Source: an uncultured delta proteobacterium (GTDB lineage Bacteria; Myxococcota_A; Polyangia; Fen-1088). From it: a stretch of DNA of 64,000 bases. The position numbers and the translations under genes were made by a program. Shown here one piece after another: positions 41,295-51,087 of this stretch. The notes beneath the pieces were generated by a model. The model ran no database searches. It was not told the origin of the DNA and saw nothing but the letters and a program-made list of their open reading frames with translations. Location of the stretch: contig CAWCMR010000025.1 of NCBI GenBank assembly GCA_963796685.1, positions 2,048,001 to 2,112,000 on the forward strand. Reading direction: 5' to 3'. Numbering within the stretch: position 1 is the first letter of the stretch; each line of letters begins with the position of its first letter.

Positions 41295-42063
41295 ATGCTC
41301 CTCGCAGTCGACATCGGAAATACCCACACCGCGTTCGGTCTCTTCGACGGCGAAACCTTGCGCTTCGACTGGCGCATCGAAACCCGCAGCGAGCGCACGG
41401 CGGACGAGCAGGCGGCCCTCGTTCGCGGACTCTTCGAGCTGGAGGGTCTGGACATGGGTCGGGTCGACGCGGCCATCGTTTCGTCGGTGGTGCCGCCCGC
41501 GACCCTGCCCATGGAGCGGCTGTTCGCCCGCTACTTCAAGCTCGTGCCGCTGGTGGTGGGACCGGGGATGAAGACCGGCATGCCGGTGCTGTATGAAAAC
41601 CCGCGCGACTTGGGCGCCGATCGCATCGTGAACGCGGTGGCGGCCTACACACGCTTCTCCCAGGGCGCCATCGTGGTCGACTTCGGCACGGCCACGACCC
41701 TGGACGTGGTTACGGCGCGCGGCGAGTACGCGGGCGGCGTCATCACCCCCGGGCTGCTCATTTCGGCGGACGCCCTCTACCGCGCGACCGCCAAGCTGCC
41801 GCGGGTCGAGATCGCGCGGCCCAAGGCCGTGGTGGGTACCAACACCGTGGCCAGCATCCAGTCGGGCCTGGTGTTCGGTTACGCCGGGATGATCGACGCG
41901 CTGGTGAACCGCATTCGCGCCGAGGTCGCGTACGCGCCGAAGGTGGTGGCCACCGGCGGGCTGGGCGCCTTGGTGGCGCGCGAATCCTGCCACCATCGAG
42001 GAATACGACGAGCTTCTGACCTTGCGCGGGCTCAAGATCCTCTACGAGCGGAACCGTGGCTAG
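41295..42063 (+). CDS. coaX: Type III pantothenate kinase (frameshift near 41988)
   Basis: LLAVDIGNT, SSVVP, LGADR, VDFGTATT, VATGG; corrected end TIEEYDELLTLRGLKILYERNRG*. Confidence 0.95.
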
Positions 42064-42078
42064 AAGGAGCATATTGCC

Positions 42079-43209
42079 GTGGAGGGACTGAAGGTCGATC
42101 CCCTCGTCGGGCCGGCCCTGCCGAAGGCGGTGGCCGCGCTGGCAGCGGGTGCGTCGCCGGCCAAGCTGATGGCCGTGCGCGGGATGGCGCCCATGCGTCC
42201 CGCCGAGTTCCTGATGGCGGTGTACCAGCTCTCGTTCGACCGCGATCCGGCGGTGAAGAGCGCCGCCGAGGCCGCGCCGGCAAACCTGCCCGACAAGCTC
42301 GTGCTCGGACCGCTCGGCGATGCGCTGCCCGCGCAGGTCCTGCATTTCTTCGCCGAGCGCCTGCCGCTGTCTCGACGCCAGGCCATCGAAAAGATTCTGC
42401 TCAACCAGTCCACCGCCGATGAAACCTTCGTGCTGCTCGGAGGACGGCTCGACGAGGGCGGCCTGGAAATCATCTTCCAGAACGAAGTGCGCCTGCTGCG
42501 TTGCCCGGCGCTGGTCGAGGCACTCTATTTCAACAAGAAGGCGCGCATGTCTTCCGTTACGCGCGCGCTCGAGCTCTGCGCGCGCAATGGGGTGCGTCTG
42601 GATGGCATTCCGGCCTACGCGGACCTGGCCGAGGCCATCATGGCCGACCCCAACGCCGTCGCGCCGTCGGCTGCGGATGATGCCTTCGCCGCCGTCATGA
42701 CCGAGTCCAGCGTGCCGGTCCCGGCCGAGGCAAGCGGCGAAGGGAATGGGGCCGCCGAGGAATCCGCGCCGGAAAACAAGAAGAAGACCAGCTCCTCGTT
42801 CATCAAGTTCGACGAGCTGAAGATCTTCGAGAAGATCCGCCTCGCCACCATCGGCAACGCCTACTGTCGATCGGTGCTCATCCGCGATTCCAACCGCCTG
42901 GTCGCCATGACGGTGGTTCGATCGCCGGCCATCAGCGACGGCGAGATCGTGGCCGCGGCGGCGAATCGCGCGGTCTGCGACGACGTGATTCGCTTCATCG
43001 CCAACAGTCGCGAGCACACCAAGGACTATGCGGTAAAACAGGCGCTGGTGAACAACCCCAAGTGTCCGCTGGCTTCGTCGCTGCGCCTGCTCAGTTTCCT
43101 TCGTCCCGACGATCTCAGGGCGGTTGCGCGCTCTAGGAACATTCCCGGTGCCCTGGCCACCGCGGCCAAGAAGCTGCTACAAACGCGAGAGAAACCCGGT
43201 GGAGGTTGA
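42079..43209 (+). CDS. Conserved helical-repeat hypothetical protein
   Basis: KIRLATIGN...LIRDSNRLV, ALVNNPKCP (LRV/HEAT-like); AAGGAG RBS. Confidence 0.7.
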   Translation: MEGLKVDPLVGPALPKAVAALAAGASPAKLMAVRGMAPMRPAEFLMAVYQLSFDRDPAVKSAAEAAPANLPDKLVLGPLGDALPAQVLHFFAERLPLSRRQAIEKILLNQSTADETFVLLGGRLDEGGLEIIFQNEVRLLRCPALVEALYFNKKARMSSVTRALELCARNGVRLDGIPAYADLAEAIMADPNAVAPSAADDAFAAVMTESSVPVPAEASGEGNGAAEESAPENKKKTSSSFIKFDELKIFEKIRLATIGNAYCRSVLIRDSNRLVAMTVVRSPAISDGEIVAAAANRAVCDDVIRFIANSREHTKDYAVKQALVNNPKCPLASSLRLLSFLRPDDLRAVARSRNIPGALATAAKKLLQTREKPGGG

Positions 43210-43213
43210 GCCG

Positions 43214-44308
43214 GTGGCGCCCGAGCAGGAAAAGCGGTTCATCGAGCCGGCCTTGTACGACCGGCTCGGGCTCATCCTGCTTGCGCCGAGAGTAGGGCTG
43301 CGCGGTGTCGTGGAGCGCAAACGCGGCGCGCTTCGCGATGCTTTCTATCTGGTGCTCGTGTCCATCGTCGCGTTTCGGCTGCCGGACTTGGTCCGGGCCG
43401 CATTGTCGTTTTCGCGGATTTCGCTGGCCGGGGGCTTGACCCAAACCATGGGCGTGGTGGGCGCCGAGCTGCGCACCGCCGCCTTCGTCACCCTGGTCGC
43501 GGCCCTGATCATCGTCGTCTTCGCCGGCCGCGGTCGAAGGGATCCTTCCCTTGCCCTCGAGCTGGGGGCCGCGTGCTACGTCCCCTACTTCTGCATCTGG
43601 AGCCCGCTCCGCCTCCTCGATATGGAAGCCCTGCTCGGCTATGTGCCGATCGTCGTCAGCCAGGTGGTTCGCGTCCTGGCGTGGGCTTGGGTGGCGGGCC
43701 TCGTCGGGTTGTCGTTGCTCGTTGTGCGCCGGGGAGAAGGCTCGACCTCTCCGGCCATTCCCGTGCGTAGCCGCGTCGCCGGCCTCTCCGTGCTCGCCAT
43801 CCCCGCGCTTGCGCTGGTCCTTGCCACCGTGTGGAGCACGCGGCACTACGAGCTCTTGCGTCCGCTCGGTCGCACGGACCAGGCCCCGGACTTCACGCTC
43901 GCTCGCGTCGACGGGAAGCCCGGCAAGGTCAGGCTCTCGGACCTGCGCGGGCACGTGGTCTTGCTCGATTTTTGGGCCACCTGGTGTCCGCCGTGCCTGG
44001 CCATGCTGCCCACGCTGCACGAGCTCTACCGAGACTGGCAGCCGCGCGGGGTGGAGTTCATCGGCATCGACTCGGACGGACCGACGACCTCGCGCGACGA
44101 CCTGCGCGACTTTCTCGCGCAAAGGCCGTCCCCCTATCCGGTGGTGCGCGACGACCAGGACGTGGGCGGGCTCTATGGCGTGTTTTCGATTCCGCACCTC
44201 GTCGTCATCGGGCGTGACGGAACGATCGCGCGCGTCTTCGTGGGCGGCGTCAGTCGCTCCCAGCTCGACAAGGCCCTCACCGCCGCAAGCGGGGGCGGCA
44301 TTCGGTAA
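43214..44308 (+). CDS. Membrane protein with C-terminal TlpA-like thioredoxin/redoxin domain
   Basis: About 5-6 TM helices, then APDFTL...LLDFWATWCPPC...IP. Confidence 0.85.
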   Translation: MAPEQEKRFIEPALYDRLGLILLAPRVGLRGVVERKRGALRDAFYLVLVSIVAFRLPDLVRAALSFSRISLAGGLTQTMGVVGAELRTAAFVTLVAALIIVVFAGRGRRDPSLALELGAACYVPYFCIWSPLRLLDMEALLGYVPIVVSQVVRVLAWAWVAGLVGLSLLVVRRGEGSTSPAIPVRSRVAGLSVLAIPALALVLATVWSTRHYELLRPLGRTDQAPDFTLARVDGKPGKVRLSDLRGHVVLLDFWATWCPPCLAMLPTLHELYRDWQPRGVEFIGIDSDGPTTSRDDLRDFLAQRPSPYPVVRDDQDVGGLYGVFSIPHLVVIGRDGTIARVFVGGVSRSQLDKALTAASGGGIR

Positions 44309-44345
44309 TTGGTTCCCTGGGCGCGCAGGGAATAGACTTTTCGCC

Positions 44346-45428
44346 ATGCGCATGCGGCGTTACCTCCTTGCCGAGTGCCTGGTCTTGGCCTCGGCCGTGG
44401 CGGGGACGGCGCTGCTCGTTCGCGGCGCGGTTCGCCTCGCCTTCGCCGAAAGAGAGGTGGCGCGTTCCCGGCCGATGCCGGTGCCCGTGCAGGGTGTGCA
44501 AGGATCCTTGGCGGGCGAAAGCGAGCCGCCCTCGCCACCCAGCCCGAACGTCGCCCGGGAATCGGCGGGAACCTTCATGGGCCTGGAGGACGACGTTCTC
44601 ATCGCACGCATGCGCAGCCAGCCCATCGTGCGCATGAAATTCAACAAGGGCGGATCGTCGCTGTCGTTCCGGGTCGATTTCGCCGACGGGTCGCGGGCGG
44701 CCTTCAAGCCGGCGCAGACCAACCTGCAAACCGTCCCGCGCCGGGAAGTCGCGGCCTACCGGATCGATCGCCTGCTCGGGCTCAATGCCGTTCCGCCGGC
44801 CACGCCCAGGATGGTTTCCCGCGAGGACATGTTCGCGCACCTGCACCCGGAAACCATGGCCATGCTCCCGCGCATTCGAGCCGAGACCATCTTCGATCCG
44901 CGCGGTAACACCGCGGGGGTGATGATGTACTGGGTTCCCGTGATCAAGGACTCGGGGCTCGATACACCCGAGGGCATCGCCCGGAGCACGCGCTGGCTGA
45001 CCCAGGGCCAGACCATCCCCGACCGGAAACACGGGTTGGCGGCTCAGCTTGCCGACCTCTTGGTGTTCGATTTTCTCATCTCCAACCCCGACCGCTACAG
45101 CGGCGGCAACATACTGACCAACGAGGACGGGTCGCGCTTGCTCTTCATGGACAACACGATGTCGTTCTTCATCGAGCCCCAGGGCAACGAGAAGACACGA
45201 GCGGCGCTGGCGCGCGCGCAGCGATTCTCGCGCAGGTTGTACCAGGCGCTCGAGCGCATTTCGGAAGAGGCGCTGACGCGCATCCTGGCCCAGGCCTCGG
45301 AGGGCGACTACGAGATCCTGACCAACCCGGAGATCCGGGCGGTGGTGGCCAGGCGCGACTACATCCGGAAATACGTCGACGGCCTGGTGGCAACCTACGG
45401 GGCCAGCGAGGTGTTTTTCTTTCCCTGA
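44346..45428 (+). CDS. Membrane-anchored atypical kinase (Fam20C/PI3-PI4-kinase-like fold)
   Basis: N-terminal TM; AAFKP, REVAAYRIDRLLGLNAVPP, FDFLISNPDR, LLFMDN. Confidence 0.68.
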   Translation: MRMRRYLLAECLVLASAVAGTALLVRGAVRLAFAEREVARSRPMPVPVQGVQGSLAGESEPPSPPSPNVARESAGTFMGLEDDVLIARMRSQPIVRMKFNKGGSSLSFRVDFADGSRAAFKPAQTNLQTVPRREVAAYRIDRLLGLNAVPPATPRMVSREDMFAHLHPETMAMLPRIRAETIFDPRGNTAGVMMYWVPVIKDSGLDTPEGIARSTRWLTQGQTIPDRKHGLAAQLADLLVFDFLISNPDRYSGGNILTNEDGSRLLFMDNTMSFFIEPQGNEKTRAALARAQRFSRRLYQALERISEEALTRILAQASEGDYEILTNPEIRAVVARRDYIRKYVDGLVATYGASEVFFFP

Positions 45429-45439
45429 GGGGATGGGGC

Positions 45440-45465
45440 GGGGCGGGTTTGAAACCCGCCCCTAC
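45440..45465 (-). repeat. GTAG-type REP overlapping the nadA stop
   Basis: Minus strand GTAGGGGCGGGTTTCAAACCCGCCCC. Confidence 0.82.
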
Positions 45466-46547
45466 GACGCAAGGTCGATCATCCTCTGCATGGCGCGGGC
45501 GGCACCGACGCGGACGTCTTCGGGAACGGTCACGCGGCACTCGGCGGGCTCGTCGCGCAAGGTGGTGTAGACGTTCTCGAGATCGATGGCCTTCATGTGC
45601 TCGCATAGGCGGCACGGTTTGTAGAATTGCTTTTCCGGGTGCTCGAGCTCCAGGCGCACGACCAATCCACACTCGGTGAGGATGGCCAGCCTGGTCTTTT
45701 CGGGATGGGTCTCGACGTATTTGGCCATCTGCGAGGTGGACATCACCTCGTCGGCGGCCTTCTGCAGCTCGGGCTTCACCTCGCCGTGGACGATCACCAC
45801 GGCGGCGGGATCGTCGCGGCGGATCTTGGCGATGTCGCCGACGGTCATGTTGTGGTGCACGTGGCAGGCGCCTTCCCAGGCGAACACGCAGCCGGCCAAA
45901 CCTTGCCGCTCTCCCTCGCGCAGCAAGGGCTCGATGCGTTCGAGGTATTCCTTGGGGTGGAAGGCGTGCGGTTCGGGCGGGGGCAGGTACATGCGCCCGG
46001 TCTTGATGGCGACCTGGTAGGCCAGGTTCTGATCGGGGACGAACAGAATGTCCGGTGCGCCCAGCCGCTCGGCGATCCGCACCGCATTCGAGCTGGTGCA
46101 ACAGGCGTCGGACAGCGCCTTCACGTCGGCGTAGGTGTTCACGTAGGTCATGGTGACGAACTTGCGGCCGAGGCCGCGCAAGAAGTCCTGGCGCTCCTCC
46201 AGGTCGTCCACGTCCACCTCGGCCAGCGAGCACAGCGCGCGCTGGCTGGGCAGAAAGACCGGCACGTGGGGGGCGAGGGTGTAGCAGCCTTCGGCCATGA
46301 AGCGGACGCCGCAGAAGACCACCATGCGGGCGTCCACGTCGCGCGCGCGCACCGCCAGCTCGAACGAATCGCCGACGGTATCGGCGATGGCCTGCACCTC
46401 GGGCACCTGGTAGTTGTGCGCCGGCACGAAGGCGCGCTTGTCGGCCTTGAGGCGGCGGATCTCGTCCCACAACCAAGCCGTGCGCGCGGCTCGGCTTTCT
46501 TCGATTTGTCCGCCACGCACCAGGCGTTCGATGGATACATCCAGCAT
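45462..46547 (-). CDS. nadA: Quinolinate synthase
   Basis: AHNYQ, GDS, FCGVRFMAE, YVNT, PDQNL, CHVH, CEHMK; three Fe-S cysteines. Confidence 0.93.
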   Translation of the reverse strand: MLDVSIERLVRGGQIEESRAARTAWLWDEIRRLKADKRAFVPAHNYQVPEVQAIADTVGDSFELAVRARDVDARMVVFCGVRFMAEGCYTLAPHVPVFLPSQRALCSLAEVDVDDLEERQDFLRGLGRKFVTMTYVNTYADVKALSDACCTSSNAVRIAERLGAPDILFVPDQNLAYQVAIKTGRMYLPPPEPHAFHPKEYLERIEPLLREGERQGLAGCVFAWEGACHVHHNMTVGDIAKIRRDDPAAVVIVHGEVKPELQKAADEVMSTSQMAKYVETHPEKTRLAILTECGLVVRLELEHPEKQFYKPCRLCEHMKAIDLENVYTTLRDEPAECRVTVPEDVRVGAARAMQRMIDLAS

Positions 46548-46622
46548 CGCGCTAGATCTACCAGCGGGCCCGCCTGAATGCTATGGCCCGCGTCTGCCCA
46601 TAATTCCCCGATAGCCGCAGAA

Positions 46623-46723
46623 GGTCGTGGTCGTGGCCGTGGTCGTGGCCGTGGCCGGTTGTAATCGCCGTCGGCTGCGGCCACGGCCACGGCCACGGTA
46701 AGCCGTCTACGTCCACGACCACC
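46623..46723. repeat. Short inverted hexamer-microsatellite element without cargo
   Basis: (GGTCGT/GGCCGT)n 46623-46656 and (GGCCAC/GACCAC)n 46679-46723. Confidence 0.78.
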
Positions 46724-46812
46724 GGTCATCGTTCCGACTGGGTGCGTGCGTCCGTCGTGGAAAGGTGTCTCTATCGGGTACCTTCCGCGCTGTCGCTTCT
46801 CTTGTCGCGGGA

Positions 46813-48462
46813 TTAGCGTCTGCCCGAACCGGCGCGCGCACGCGCTCGGGCCGCGTGGCGTAGGGACTTGCCCGTGGGACCCGGACCGAGCGCGTCGCGC
46901 GCGTCCTCGCCGTGGCCGGGGCCGATCACGTCGCGCAGGTAGGCCTGGTATTGGAAGGTGTCCGAGTGCTTCTCGTTGTGACAATGAATGCAGACCGATT
47001 CGGGGGTCTTGAGGTGCACGGCGAAGGGCGTTTCCTTGCCGTGCCGCTCGACGTGAATCGAGCCTGGCCCGTGGCAAACCTCGCACTGAATATTCTGCAG
47101 GCCGCGCGTGTAACCCAGGCTGGAGCCACCCACCTCGCCGTAGCCCGTGACGTGGCAACTCACGCAATCGTCGTGCGCTTCCTTGCCGACTTGGACCAGG
47201 GTTTTCCAGGCCTGGGCATGGACCGTGTGCTTCCAGAAGCGGGCGGCCGGCTTGTGGCACGAGACGCATTTATCCCCGCCCACGTAGGACGCCCGTCCAG
47301 GCTCGGCGGGAACGGGCGGCTCGGCCATGCGCAGATTGGCAGCGCCGATGGCGCGGTCGAGCTTGTGCATGCTGGCCGACAAAGCTGGATCGCGCGGAAG
47401 CGTGCGCTGGATCGGGATGAGCGAATCGGTGAAGTACGACCCCACGGACGGCGCCTTCCACAGGCCGTCGCCAAGTCGCGAGCGCTCGGCGCGCAGCTGG
47501 TCGCGCTCGCGAACCTTGGCCGCCAGGAACGCCGGGTCGGAGCCGGATTCCTTCTGCCAGCGGGCGAGGTCGACCTCGAGTCTTTCGAGGGCGCGGTCGA
47601 GCTCGGTCCGTCGTTCTTTCGCCTGGGCGGCGCCTCCCGCGTCGACCAGCGGCTCGTCGGTCGAGCGCGGTCGCTTGCCACGCAAGACGATGTCCAGGCG
47701 GCCCACCCGTTCCAGCTCCTCGGCGGGCGCGACCACATAGGCCGCGCCGACCGATTCCGCCCTGGCCATACCCTGGCCCACGTGCTTACCCACCACCACG
47801 AAGTCGGCTCCCGAGGTGCGAGCGAGCTGGCGTGCCAGGGACCGTTCGACCGGAGCCAAGAGCACGATCACCTCTGCCCCGGCCGCGCGCAGGCGAGCAA
47901 TCTCCTGCCGCGCCGCCGTAGTCGGGTCTTGGACGGGCAAACCTACCTTGGCCAGAAGGTCCGGATCGGCCGGGTCGGCGATCCCGAGCACACCGATCTT
48001 GATCGACCCCACCGTGGCGAGGTGCGAGGGCTCGACGAATGGCGCTTGCGCCAAATTCACGGCCAGGCGCTTGGGCACGACGTCACCTGGGCCGAAGGCC
48101 AGGTCGCTGTCGCCGAGCGCGCTGCCACCAAAGGGCAACTTCGCGATCTCGTGCGCCAGGAAGTCGGCCCGCAGCTTGGCTGCCGGCCGCTTTCTCTCCG
48201 AGGTTTCACCGGCCGCGTAGGTGAGGTTGCCGGCATCGACGAGCAAGGCCGCCTGGTCGCGGCCCGCCGCGGCCCTGACCATCGCGGTCACGCGGGCGAA
48301 GTCACCCAAGGGGTCGCTGGTGCAGCCACAAGGTTCGAGGGTTCCATGGGTTTCGGCCGTGTAGAAGATGACCGCCCGTCGTTCGCTCGCTGTGGCCGCG
48401 TCCGACCTTGGTGCGATGAGGCTGCCCATGGCAAGGAACGTGACCAGGATGAGCTTGTGCAT
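46813..48462 (-). CDS. Periplasmic metallophosphoesterase-like domain fused to tetraheme cytochrome c (c554/c552-like)
   Basis: Signal peptide; HGTLEPCGC, LVDAGN; four CxxCH motifs (CVSCH, CVSCH, CEVCH, CIHCH). Confidence 0.82.
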   Translation of the reverse strand: MHKLILVTFLAMGSLIAPRSDAATASERRAVIFYTAETHGTLEPCGCTSDPLGDFARVTAMVRAAAGRDQAALLVDAGNLTYAAGETSERKRPAAKLRADFLAHEIAKLPFGGSALGDSDLAFGPGDVVPKRLAVNLAQAPFVEPSHLATVGSIKIGVLGIADPADPDLLAKVGLPVQDPTTAARQEIARLRAAGAEVIVLLAPVERSLARQLARTSGADFVVVGKHVGQGMARAESVGAAYVVAPAEELERVGRLDIVLRGKRPRSTDEPLVDAGGAAQAKERRTELDRALERLEVDLARWQKESGSDPAFLAAKVRERDQLRAERSRLGDGLWKAPSVGSYFTDSLIPIQRTLPRDPALSASMHKLDRAIGAANLRMAEPPVPAEPGRASYVGGDKCVSCHKPAARFWKHTVHAQAWKTLVQVGKEAHDDCVSCHVTGYGEVGGSSLGYTRGLQNIQCEVCHGPGSIHVERHGKETPFAVHLKTPESVCIHCHNEKHSDTFQYQAYLRDVIGPGHGEDARDALGPGPTGKSLRHAARARARAGSGRR

Positions 48463-48676
48463 TGGCGCGCGGGAAAATCCCATATCTTCCGGCCTCTGTC
48501 GAAGGGTTGTGCCAAAGGGTTGTGTGTCGATGCGTCGATAATGCAGGTGGACGTCGTCATCGGACAATCCGAAAGATTCGTAGGAATCAGAAAGAAGCAC
48601 CTTCGCCTTGACAATCAGCTGCGTTATAATCACTCTCACCCGCTGGCTCACATCGAGCTCACAAGGAATCTAGATC

Positions 48677-48943
48677 ATGGCCGTCACTCTCAGACTCACC
48701 CGCTGCGGAGGCAAGAAGTCTCCTCATTATCGTGTTGTTGCCGCCGATGAACGAAGTCCGCGCGACGGCCGACTCATCGAGCAGATCGGAATCTACGATC
48801 CCAGGCAAGACCCGCCCGCCGTCAAGCTCGACTTGGCGAGGTTGGATCACTGGCTCTCGTGCGGCGCCGTGCCCAGCGAGACCGTCGGCCAGCTAATCAA
48901 GAAGGCTCGGCGCGCCGCCGACGCCATTTCTGCCAAGGCGTGA
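48677..48943 (+). CDS. rpsP: 30S ribosomal protein S16
   Basis: LRLTR.G.KK.P.YRVVAAD.RSPRDG...GIYDP. Confidence 0.97.
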   Translation: MAVTLRLTRCGGKKSPHYRVVAADERSPRDGRLIEQIGIYDPRQDPPAVKLDLARLDHWLSCGAVPSETVGQLIKKARRAADAISAKA

Positions 48944-48946
48944 TCC

Positions 48947-49234
48947 GTGACTGAGGGCAATCCCTCCCCCTCCGCAGCACCGTCTGACAAGGCACCGGCC
49001 TTGCGCGAGCTCGTGCTCTACCTTGCGCGGGCGCTGGTCGAGCACCCGGACGAGGTCGTGGTCGAGGAGATCGAAGAGCCCGACGCCACGGTGTTCGAGC
49101 TCAAGGTCGCCGAGTCGGATCTGGGTCGCGTGATCGGCCGCCAGGGGCGGACTGCGAAGGCGCTTCGCACCGTGCTCTCGGCCGCCTCGGCCAAGATGAA
49201 ACGGCGAGCAATCCTCGAAATCCTCGAGGACTAG
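48947..49234 (+). CDS. khpA: KH-domain RNA-binding protein
   Basis: DLGRVIGRQGRTAKALR; conserved position after rpsP. Confidence 0.92.
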   Translation: MTEGNPSPSAAPSDKAPALRELVLYLARALVEHPDEVVVEEIEEPDATVFELKVAESDLGRVIGRQGRTAKALRTVLSAASAKMKRRAILEILED

Positions 49235-49273
49235 GTTCGAGCAGGGCCGGTCGCTGGCCTTGCAGGTGCTCGC

Positions 49274-49783
49274 ATGGAATCGGCGTGGTTGCCCTTCGGA
49301 ATCCTGCGGCGCCCGCACGGAACCTCGGGCGAGATTCCGCTCCGTCCCTTCAATGCTGAGGCTTCCGGGGATTCCTCGCCCAGCCCACCCGTGCAGGTTC
49401 GGCTTGCGCGCGGCGGGAAGATCACCGAAGCCAAGCTCGTCGCCTGCCGAGCCGTGCGCGGGGAGTTTCTGGTTCGCTTCGAAGGCATCGCCACGCGGGA
49501 GTCTGCCGCCGCCCTGGCGGGGCAGGAGCTGCACCTTCCGCGCGGCGTTTTCGCGCCTCTCGACGGTGCCGAGTTCTTCGTGGAGGATCTCGTCGGGTGC
49601 GAGGTCTTCGCGGAAGATGGCCGGCCGGTCGGCTTGGTCGCGGGAGCGTTCTGGAACGGGGCCCACGACGTCGTCGCGATCGTGGGCGAGGACGGCAGCG
49701 AGCGCCTGCTCCCCGTGGTTTCCGAGTTCATCCGCCGATTCGAGAGCGCGCCGCGCCGGTTGATCGTCGACCTTCATGACTGA
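49274..49783 (+). CDS. rimM: Ribosome maturation factor RimM
   Basis: G.L.RPHG..GE, EFFVEDLVGC, GAHDV, LLP.V; synteny. Confidence 0.92.
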   Translation: MESAWLPFGILRRPHGTSGEIPLRPFNAEASGDSSPSPPVQVRLARGGKITEAKLVACRAVRGEFLVRFEGIATRESAAALAGQELHLPRGVFAPLDGAEFFVEDLVGCEVFAEDGRPVGLVAGAFWNGAHDVVAIVGEDGSERLLPVVSEFIRRFESAPRRLIVDLHD

Positions 49784-50570
49784 GCCAGCGTCCACCCCTT
49801 GCCCATCCCCGCTCCTCGACGTGGAGCTGCTTTCGCTGTTTCCGGAGATCTTCGATTCGTTCTTGCGCACCAGCCTGGTCGGCAAGGCTATCCAAGGCGG
49901 CATCGTGCGTGTGGCCTGCACCAACCCGCGCGACTTCGCCCTCGGCCGGCACCGCCAGGTCGACGATGCTTCCTACGGCGGCGGTCCAGGCATGGTCTTG
50001 CGTCCCGAGCCGCTGGCCGCGGCCATCGAATCGGTCGAATCGGCGCGGGGCCGGGCGCATCGCGTGCTGCTCTCACCCGCGGGGCGACTCTTCGATCAAG
50101 CGCTGGCGCAGGAGCTGGCCGGTCGCACGCGCTTGATGCTGATTTGTGGTCGCTATGAAGGCGTGGACGAACGGATCGCGGATCTCTTCGCCGATGAGGT
50201 CGTCAGCATCGGCGACTACGTGCTCGCGGGTGGGGAGGTGGCCGCGACGGTCATCGTCGAGGCCGTGTCGCGTCTCGTCCCTGGTGTTCTCGGGTGCGAG
50301 GCTTCCACCGTCGACGAATCGTTCTCCGCCGGTCGGCTCGAGTATCCACAGTGGACCCGACCGCCGGAGTTCCGTGGCCGCGTCGTGCCAGAGATCCTGC
50401 TTTCCGGCAACCATGCCCAGGTGGCGGCGTGGCGTCGGCTGGAATCCCTGCGCAGGACCCAGGCGCGGAGGCCGGATCTGCTTCTGCGTCACCCGTTGAC
50501 CGACGATGAACAGGCTTTGCTCTCGGGGGGCACCGGCAAAGCGCGCAAGAGGCCCGCCCGGCAAAGATGA
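49776..50570 (+). CDS. trmD: tRNA (guanine37-N1)-methyltransferase
   Basis: VDD..YGGGPGMV, CGRYEGVDER, SIGDYVLAGGE, LEYPQWTRP, LSGNH. Confidence 0.97.
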   Translation: MTEPASTPCPSPLLDVELLSLFPEIFDSFLRTSLVGKAIQGGIVRVACTNPRDFALGRHRQVDDASYGGGPGMVLRPEPLAAAIESVESARGRAHRVLLSPAGRLFDQALAQELAGRTRLMLICGRYEGVDERIADLFADEVVSIGDYVLAGGEVAATVIVEAVSRLVPGVLGCEASTVDESFSAGRLEYPQWTRPPEFRGRVVPEILLSGNHAQVAAWRRLESLRRTQARRPDLLLRHPLTDDEQALLSGGTGKARKRPARQR

Positions 50571-50589
50571 TGGATCTCTCCGGTGGATG

Positions 50590-50618
50590 TTGACTAAGTG
50601 CCGCCTTCCGCGTAGTAA
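50590..50618 (+). promoter_or_regulatory. Putative internal promoter for rplS
   Basis: TTGACT-17-TAGTAA upstream of the AGGAG RBS. Confidence 0.45.
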
Positions 50619-50638
50619 ATACGCCCCTTAGGAGCGTC

Positions 50639-51082
50639 ATGAGCACCCACCCCTTGATCCGAGAAATCGAAAACTCGTTCCGCCGGGACAACATCCCGGA
50701 CTTCCGTCCTGGCGACAGCGTCAGGGTGCACACGCTCATCAAGGAAGGCGACAAAGAGCGTGTCCAGATCTTCGAGGGCGTCGTCATCGATCGCCGCAGT
50801 GGTACCTCGTTGGCGTCGTTCACCGTGCGCAAGATCTCCTACGGTGTCGGCGTGGAGCGTGTCTTCCCCTTGCACTCGACCCGAATCGAGAAGATCGAGG
50901 TGGTGCAGCGAGGTCGGGTCCGCCGCGCACGCCTCAACTACCTGCGCAAGCTGCAAGGCAAGGCTGCTCGAATCAAGGGCGAGCGCATGCAGGTGACGGT
51001 GGGGGATGCGGCGGTCGCGGAGCCGGAAGCGGCACCCGCGGCACCCGCGGCACCCGCGGCACCGACGGCTCCCTCGGCCTAG
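50639..51082 (+). CDS. rplS: 50S ribosomal protein L19
   Basis: [42 protein letters not shown]. Confidence 0.97.
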   Translation: MSTHPLIREIENSFRRDNIPDFRPGDSVRVHTLIKEGDKERVQIFEGVVIDRRSGTSLASFTVRKISYGVGVERVFPLHSTRIEKIEVVQRGRVRRARLNYLRKLQGKAARIKGERMQVTVGDAAVAEPEAAPAAPAAPAAPTAPSA

Positions 51083-51087
51083 GCCAC

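Noticed and set aside
48608-48630. TTGACA and TATAAT upstream of rpsP as a single promoter
   Set aside because: The spacer is only 11 bp; a promoter is likely here but the pairing cannot be assigned.
51028-51064. 9-bp GCGGCACCC repeats in rplS and QQYAPP repeats in gltG
   Set aside because: Ordinary in-frame low-complexity linkers.
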